The translations under genes were made by a program, and so were the position numbers. Under the pieces are notes generated by a model. The model made no database searches. It saw only the letters and a list, made by a program, of their open reading frames with translations, and was not told where the DNA came from. A stretch of 64,000 bases of DNA from an uncultured Clostridia bacterium (GTDB lineage: Bacteria; Bacillota; Clostridia; Christensenellales; UBA1242), in contig CALWKE010000002.1 of the NCBI GenBank assembly GCA_944381185.1, forward strand, positions 217,731-281,730, in the 5' to 3' direction. Shown here piece after piece: positions 42,101 through 51,100 of the stretch; positions within the stretch are counted from its first letter, which is position 1; every line of letters starts with the position of its first letter.

Positions 42101-45100
42101 AACAACTAAAGAAATTGAAATCATTGATGAAGCAAATGCAAATTTAGATATTGACATTAATTCTATTAACACATCAAACTATGAAAATGGCATCTTGACC
42201 TTAAACGGAAAAGAATATATGTTTGCTGGTTGGTGGCAAGTTGTTGCGGATTCAACAAGACCATCAACATACATCTTAATTTCTAATGATTTCTTTGATG
42301 AACTTCCAACTGTTAACTATTTAGTTGCAAGATTTGTAAGGTTAATGCCAATAACAATAACATTACCTGAAGAATCTTCTGGATATGTTCAAACAAGATT
42401 AAATTACAGATATTTCTATACATTTAATGATGTTAATGATAACAGAATACAAAACTATATTACTGAAAATAATAACCTAGTTCTTCATTACAATGTTCCA
42501 ATTGACACCTATTTCAATAACACCAATATCTTTGCTTATACCGGACACTACTTCACTATTACAGATTCAATTAAAACAGATAATTATGTTTCTTATATTG
42601 TTTCAAGTAGTGACAGAGTTAATAACACTATTGGTGAAAGACAAGATGTTGAAAGTTTAAATTATATTGAACATAACGGAAATATTTATTATATCAATAA
42701 TAACACTTTATATAATAAGGTTTCAGCTGAAGATGGTTCAATTAGGTTCTATAATGTAGACAGCACTGGTGCTGAAACAAATTTAACAATTGAACAACTT
42801 GACCCAACAATTAATAGTTACACAATTAGAGGAAATCAAGTGACAATTTATTATGGAACAAATAACAGCGTTTCAAGAACAATTGTTGCAGCAAATTATG
42901 TAATTTATAATAACAATGTTTACTTTGTTGTTGGCTCAAACTTATATTCAAGTGTCAAGGCTACTGATGAATCAGTTATCAGTTCAATTGATATTAATGG
43001 TACAACTATTTATTATTTAATATTAAACAATGTTGTTATATTCTCAACAGATAACAATTCAAATATTGGCTTATCTGGAACAAGCATTGAAATTGAAAGC
43101 ATAAATAAAGCTGGATTTAAATATGAAGTTGAAAGTGATTATGATGTTCTTTCAGTTATCGATGGTGGATATACCATTAGCTACATTGTAACAACCATTG
43201 AAGATGATGGCAGTTATGGTGTAACTGATTCGGTTGCAGGTGGAAGATTTGTTTCACAATCAATTAACACTGTTGGTGGAACTGAATCAACAAGCAAATA
43301 TGTTTATTCTTCAAACTTCCCTATTTTGAATTTAAGATTAAGCCCATCAACCGGATACACTTTCATTGGTCTATATATCAATGGTGAATATGTTGAAAAT
43401 TCATATAACACACTTTCACTTTCAATTAATCTTTCAGATTATAGCAGTGATATTGTTGTTGAGGCAAAATTTGCTAAAAATATTTCTATTGAATATAGAC
43501 TTTCAGTTGATAATAGTGATTCTAAATCATTTATTTATCAAGAATTAGGTTTAACTGACCTTGCTATTGAAGGACTTATTAACAATATTTATAGTTCAAT
43601 CAATGCATCATACACACTTGGTGACGAAATTTATTCATCTTCAATCAATATCAACGATATCAATATTGAAGATAATGAAGTTTCACTTATATTTATTGTT
43701 ACTGTTCCTTATGGAACAAGGCTCACCTTTGGTATTAATTCAAACTTACATGAAGTGCAAGCAAGCAATGGAACACCATATTACTTCTATGGTTGGTATC
43801 TTTATGAAAATAATGATATTTCTCAATCAAACTCACTTGTAACTTCTGGTGGTTCATTCACTATTTATGCTATTGATGATGGTGAATCTACCCTTCAATT
43901 TGTTGCAAAATATCTTAAATCTGAAAATACATCTCCAATTTATACAACTGCAAATATTGAAGTATATTCTTATGTTGATGACCAGTTAATGATTCAATCT
44001 GTAAGTTATAATGAATTCATTAACACATATGGTGACCTTCAACTTCGCAAAACAATAAATGGAAAAGAATATTTGTTTGCTGGTTGGTGGCAAGTTATTA
44101 ATGATAGAACAAAAATATTAGTTTCAAATAACCCAACCGACCAAGAACTTATTTCTAATTGTATTGGAAGATATATTGAGCTTAAAACAATAACAATTGA
44201 TTATTCAGAACAATCATCAATTTCAATTTCTGGTAACTTGCATCAATCATTCAGTTATGCTCAATCAACAACAATATCTTCTCCAATTTTAAGTGCAGAT
44301 ATTGATGTTGGAAATTCTGATTTAATTATAACAACGACAATATTTAGTGCCTTTACTAATGTTGTAATCAGGGCACATAATGGTTTCTACTTTAGAAATG
44401 AAAATGATGTTTATGATGCAACTGAAGTCACTGGGCTCGAATTTAAATTGCATGGTGAAAATTATAGTGATTTGTTCACAGTTTCAAATAACACTTCAGA
44501 AATTGCAGATGTTTATATCAGATATTCAAGAGTATATTCTGATGAAAACCAATTCTTAACAAATGTTGAAAATTCAAATCCAAATGATGAAGTTGTTGTT
44601 GCAATTCAAAATAACAATAACACATTCAGAGTTTCAATTGTTGCTGAAAATATTTCAACAACTATAAATGACGCTAACAGAGAAAATGCTTCATCATCAA
44701 TATTTGTTGTTATGAATGGCATTAGTCAAAATAACTTAAATCAAAATCAATTTTTAGATAGCACCATTCAGTCAATTTATATTGAAGATAGAATTATTTA
44801 CATTTACAATAATGCACTATATAAAAATCTTTTATCATTAAAAATTTATAAAGAAAGATTTGATGATGTTTATTACATAACACAAAATAATGTAAATTAT
44901 TATATCGAATTTGACTCATATGGCAATTTCTTAAAATTGACAGATAGCGATGGCAAAGATGTTTCTTTGAATGTTATCACTGGATATTCAACAAATGTTG
45001 CGCTTATAACTCCAGATAAATACACACTTTATATTTACACAAACAAAGCAACAAACGATGAATATAATTTAAAAACAACTGTAACAAGCGATACTGTAAG

Positions 45101-48100
45101 TTGTGATATTGAATATACAAATTCAAACAACATTAAAGCTACTGAAACATTCATGATAGCAAACAATGTTGTTGATAGATATTACACTAGATACACTCAC
45201 CTAGTTGTAACTCTTTCTAAAGAATATTACACTGAAAGTTTCCTTGGATTTAGAATAATTTATGACAGTGGAATAACAACATTCTATAGTGCAAAGGTTT
45301 ATGGTTATTCATTATCATTAATTGTTAATGAATCTGTAACAATTTCAGCTCAATTTGAAGAAGCTATAAATGACCCTAATTCTGCTGCTTCAAACAACGG
45401 CTCTTCAAGTGGTGGAAATCAAGGCACAGAACAAGGTGCTCCATCTGATAAACCTGAATATGGTGATGGTGATGACCAAACTGGTGAAATTGTGACAATT
45501 GAAACAACAAACACATCATCAATTCAATATTTGCATGAAATTCAATTAAATATTTCAGGAACTAGATTAAACTTTGTATATGATTATTCATCAAATAGTT
45601 TCGAAGTTTCTGGTAATAATGAATTTGGAATTTCTGTTGCAGGAATTGCAAACACTTCAGTATCTGATGATTTAGGTCAAATATTCTATAGAAACGCAAC
45701 AATAAGCATTCCTCTATCAGTTTATGAAAGCAACACAATTACTTTTGATATAATCACATATAACATTTACACATTAAATGTTTCTGTTTCTCAAAACGAT
45801 AGTTCAACTGTTTCATCTGGTGGAAATAATGAATATATTGCCGAAATTGATATATTATATCCACATGATTACATGGAAAATCAAAATGCAGGAAATAGAA
45901 CTGAATTTATTAACAACATAAAACTTTATATGTATTTATCAAGTATTATTTCAACCAAAGATTGTGACATAATTTCAGGCATTAAATTAAGTGACACAAT
46001 GACAGAAAATGGTTTTATTGATGGTTTCTATGCCTTTGAAACAAATGTTCAACTGCAAGATGGCGTAACAACTGGTGCAAAACTTACTGGAACTACTGCT
46101 GATGGCGAAGGCAAATATGATGGTAACGTTGTTCTTATTCAAACTGATATTTACAATTATAGTTTAGTTTATAACTTCAGAACACAAGGAACTATTAGAA
46201 TTTATATTCATCCACAATACTTCACAGGTTCTGGTTACGATGCAAATAGAACAAGCAGTTTGATTCTTGGCATAGCTGAAGAAGATCTCATTAAAGACAT
46301 TATTATAGTTGGAAATCCTGATAATCAAGATATCACAGTCGGTGAATTAACATTTGACCCTAACTATAAACGACAGCCAAGTGCGAATAGTGCAACAGGT
46401 TCATGGTATGTTGATATAACCTATTACTTCTCTGAACCAATTTCAATTTACTTTAAATCAACTTATTTGTCGTTCAGCAATTATTATTACTATAATAATG
46501 GTCAAACAACTCCTGAAAATGTGACTCAACTTTCAAAGGACCCATATCCACTTTATTCAAATAACTCTGCCTTATCAATTTCTTATGATGAATATTTGTC
46601 ATTAAGAAAGAGTTCTCAAAATGGTGATATGGTAATATTGAATTGTGTTGCATCTGAATCAATAAAATCAACAACTGTTAAGTTTGAATATGAAAAAGCA
46701 AATCTCAAATTAACAGTTGAGATTAATGGCAAAAATTATATTTACAACTCAAATAATGGAATATTCACCTGTTCTGCAACAACCGGTCAAACAACATATA
46801 ATACTCAACAAGTTGAGTTGGTTAATGAAATTGATAGTAATGATACAATTTCATTAACTGTTCAAAGTTTCTATGATTCATCAAATGCAAAATATCCATT
46901 TAACATAAAGTTTATTTATGGACATGAGTTAGTTTCAAATGGTGCTAGATTTAATGTTGAATTAATAGACTTTGAAGCAAAATATCAATATTCAGGTCTT
47001 GAAGGTCCTAATGACCCAATTGTTAAAGTTAAAGATTTTGGAACCTACCTGCTTGGCTTCAAAAATGCTTATTGTGAAAATGCATCACAATTAATAACAG
47101 TCAGCACAACACCGGGTCTTGTAGAACCAGAATTCACATTCCAATTGGGTGAAAACTTTGCAGATAGCAATGAAATTATAATTGAAACAAATAGATACTA
47201 TTATATTTTATACATGAAAGACTACACCTATATGAATGGTGATTATGGTGTTCCAACAATTGAACTTAATGTAACTGAACCAGGTGTTGGAAGTAACAAA
47301 TATGTTCCACTAGCAACACATGGAACAGATGGTGGCCGTAAACATACATTTGCTTTGTATGCTTATGTTCTTGACGGCAGTGCCGTTGAAGTTATTGCTG
47401 GTGCTCCTGATGAAAGTGATACTGAACATTTAGTGTATGGCATTCTTTACAGAGAAAACTTTAACACTTTAACTGAATCTGTATTAATTGAAACACTTTT
47501 AGATGGTGATATTAACAATTACATTTATTCTCAAAATAATAATGGTGCCATTATGGATGCATCAGTTCCATCTGCAATTATTAAGTCTGAAACTGCTGGA
47601 TTTACAAGCATAAGCAACTTAACATCATCAACAACAAAATATATTTATATTCCTGAAAGTAGCAGAGCGTATATTGCTGATTATTATGGCATTGAAGGCG
47701 TTGCATCTGACATCAAACTTGTTGGTATAATTGCTCCTGGAAATTCATCTGAATATAAATATGGCTCAAATCCTATTTTAAATATTAGTAGTCATACAAA
47801 TGGTTATAACTTTATTATTGAACAATCAACATATGGTTCAGAAGTTATTTTCATTCAAGAAGTAGATGATAAATATAAATATTCACAGAAAGAAATACTT
47901 GAACAAAATGGAAATATTTATATTGACGCAGATGATGATGAAGCTGTAAATTCACTTACCTATACCAGATTTGAAACCACACAAATAACAGTTTATCTAT
48001 TAAATAATTCAGTTAGTCAATATTCATATCTTGTAAGTTCTTCATACAATTCAAATGGACTTACAACAGGCTTTTATAAACAATTAGTTCTTCCTCCAAT

Positions 48101-51100
48101 TAATGAAGGAAAAGAAATGGATTTCATTGTTAAAGATACTATTGAAAGTTATATTGAAGATACAAGTGTAACCGAAAGTACCTTTAATAATTCTGTGTAT
48201 TATACTATTGGTATAAATGGTTCTATGCAGATTGCTGAAAAATATGAAAATGGAAAAGTTTACTTTATTAGAAGTGATAAAGATTTAATTATCCATGGCA
48301 TAACTCTTCATTATGGTGGAAAAGATTATTACATAACAAATACAGGAATTTATGATGACCCATCTTTTGAAAAAGAATATAACCCTGCTGAAAAATCTAT
48401 ATTTATTCAACCAAACTACGACGATTATTCAGTAAAAATTTATCATTTCACCTATACATTTAAATTAAATGGTCAAAACTACACATACGATGGCAAAGAT
48501 GTTAAGGACTCAAATGGTAATATAGTTCAAGGTGCTTCAGTAGACTTCACAGGTATTCCAATTTTAACAATAGGAACTGCTTCAGATATTGCAACATCAA
48601 TATCAATTGACCCTAGTGCAACTGAAACAATAAGTCTTATTGATAAAGAAGAATATAATGAAATTCAAAATGAACTACAAGAAAATGCAAATAATCCTGA
48701 CTATGAAGATACTCATAAGTATGTTTATAAACTAATTAAAGTTAGGATTGTTGAAAGTGAATATATTGAATATACTTTAAACGATGAAGAAAATGCACTT
48801 ATTGAACTTGAAGATGGCAATAGTGTAAGTTCAGATATTGTAATAAGTTATGAAACAAAAGAAAGGCGCGGTGTATACTATGTTGAAATAAACGGAACAA
48901 TTTATTACATCAATAATGTTACCCTTTATAAAGATTTTGAATGCACTATTCCTGTTGAAAATGATGAACTTGATAACTATATTGTTTATTACAAAGAAAT
49001 GTATATAGACAAAAATGCTACCCCACTTGAAGTTAAAGAAGATGCTTCAGGTTATCATTTTGGAACTGGTGATGCAATTTATGACTTTGATATTGTGACT
49101 GGTGATTTAACTGCAGATAGTTTAAAACCTTCAAAACCTGATCCTAATTATCCTGATGACCCAACCAAAGTAATTAACTTAACTTACAGGTTTGATTCAC
49201 CTATTGTTAAAATTGATTCAAATAAATATAATACTGTTAAAGAAGATATTTATGTTGACCAATTTAATGTTGGAGGCGTAAATTATTATATTAACAATCT
49301 AAAACTCTATAGTGATTACCCATTTATTGATGCAAATAAATATGTACCAAATAGTGATAACCCAAACACAATTTCAAGTTATCATATTTTCCCTGAATTT
49401 ATTAGATATGATAGCGTAAGATATACAAAAGTAAATGATAATCCATCGGATTATAATGCTATTCAATATCAATCAGATAGTGGAGAAACAATCACATTAA
49501 ATGAATCAACTGGCGTAGTAACAAAAATAATAGATGGCGTTTCAACTGATATAACTTCTAATGTTAAATTCTCAAATTCAAAGGTTGTTCGATATAAACT
49601 TTATGTTGAAAATGCTGATGGAAGTGTAACTGAAAGTTCAAGCGAACAGATTATAAATTCAGGAAAAGATTATATCATTGATATCATCAATTCAGAAGCA
49701 ACTGGCTCATTCTCTTCAACATATACTGATGTAACCATTACTAAATTGCAAGCAAATGCTTATGATGGATATTATATTAAAGGATTTGTAATCTTTAGTG
49801 ATGCAGAACTTGCAAAAGACCGAAATATGTGGCTTCACTATGAACTTGACACAACAACAGCAAATGGACTAGCTGGTCTTCAAGGATTGGATACATATTC
49901 ATCATTTAAATATATGAACTATATTCCTATTGAGTATCAAACCTATCAAAGTGATGTTAATGATGCATATGAATTAATTAAAGATGAAAATGGAAATATC
50001 GTTAGTGTTGCATTAAATATTAATTTAAAATTAAATGGTTCATTTAAAATTTATGCAGTTTATGCACCAGTAATATATTCAGTTTCATTTAATATTCTAA
50101 ACGTTCAGGAAATCATTTCTAAAGATGGTGTTATCAACTATAATGATATCTATAATAGGTTCTTGATTTCAGATAATTTAGAAGAAACTACTGCTGGATA
50201 CATAAAAGGTCAAATGCTTGCTGAACATGGTGGAAATGCATGGATTAGAGCTTTTGCAAACCAAGGTAGCGAATTTATCGGACTTTCTCTTGCATATAGT
50301 TCAATGACTGAACAAATTCAATCAATATATTCTAATTTAACCATAGATAACAATCTATCAGTTGATGAAGTTATTAATTCTGGAATTCTTGATGCTGGCG
50401 ATGAAGGTTTAGATGATGATAAATTAAATCTTTACAAAGCTCAAGGCGTAAATGCTCCTTATGAAGAAAATGGCACTAAAAAATACTATTTCTTAAGTGA
50501 AAAGAATATGTATTATGACATTTATGGAAATCCAGAAAATCCAGATGATACAAATTATGTTAATAGTGGAAATATCAACGCAACAAGTTCAACAGACAAA
50601 ATTAATAGTTTATTCTTGTTTAATATCACAGACGATGTAACATTGAATTTCTACTTTAAATCAATCGAATATACTCTTGATATTGTTATTGGTGAAAGCA
50701 ATTCTGGATATTATGATTCAGATAACGACGCAGGCACAAACTCAAATGGTGTTGATAATGCTTCTGGTTCAGATTCATTCTTATCATACGGCGAAGATGT
50801 AATCAATGGAACTAACGAAAATGGTGAAAGTTGGAAAAATCCAACAAACAACATGGTTTCAGAAGCCCTTGGTGATTTGCCATACACAGATGTTATTTCA
50901 TCTGAAGGTAGCAAAGTTGATGATGCTAGTGGTTTCTATTCTCTAGATAAAGAAAACCCATATAAATTTATTTCTGATACAGATCCACTTGTTTATACAA
51001 TCTTCGATTATCAAGGCAACTTAATTTCAGCTCAATGGAAAGATGCAAACGGTGCAATAACAGAACGAGTAAATCCAAGTGCAATTTTGTCTTCAACAAT

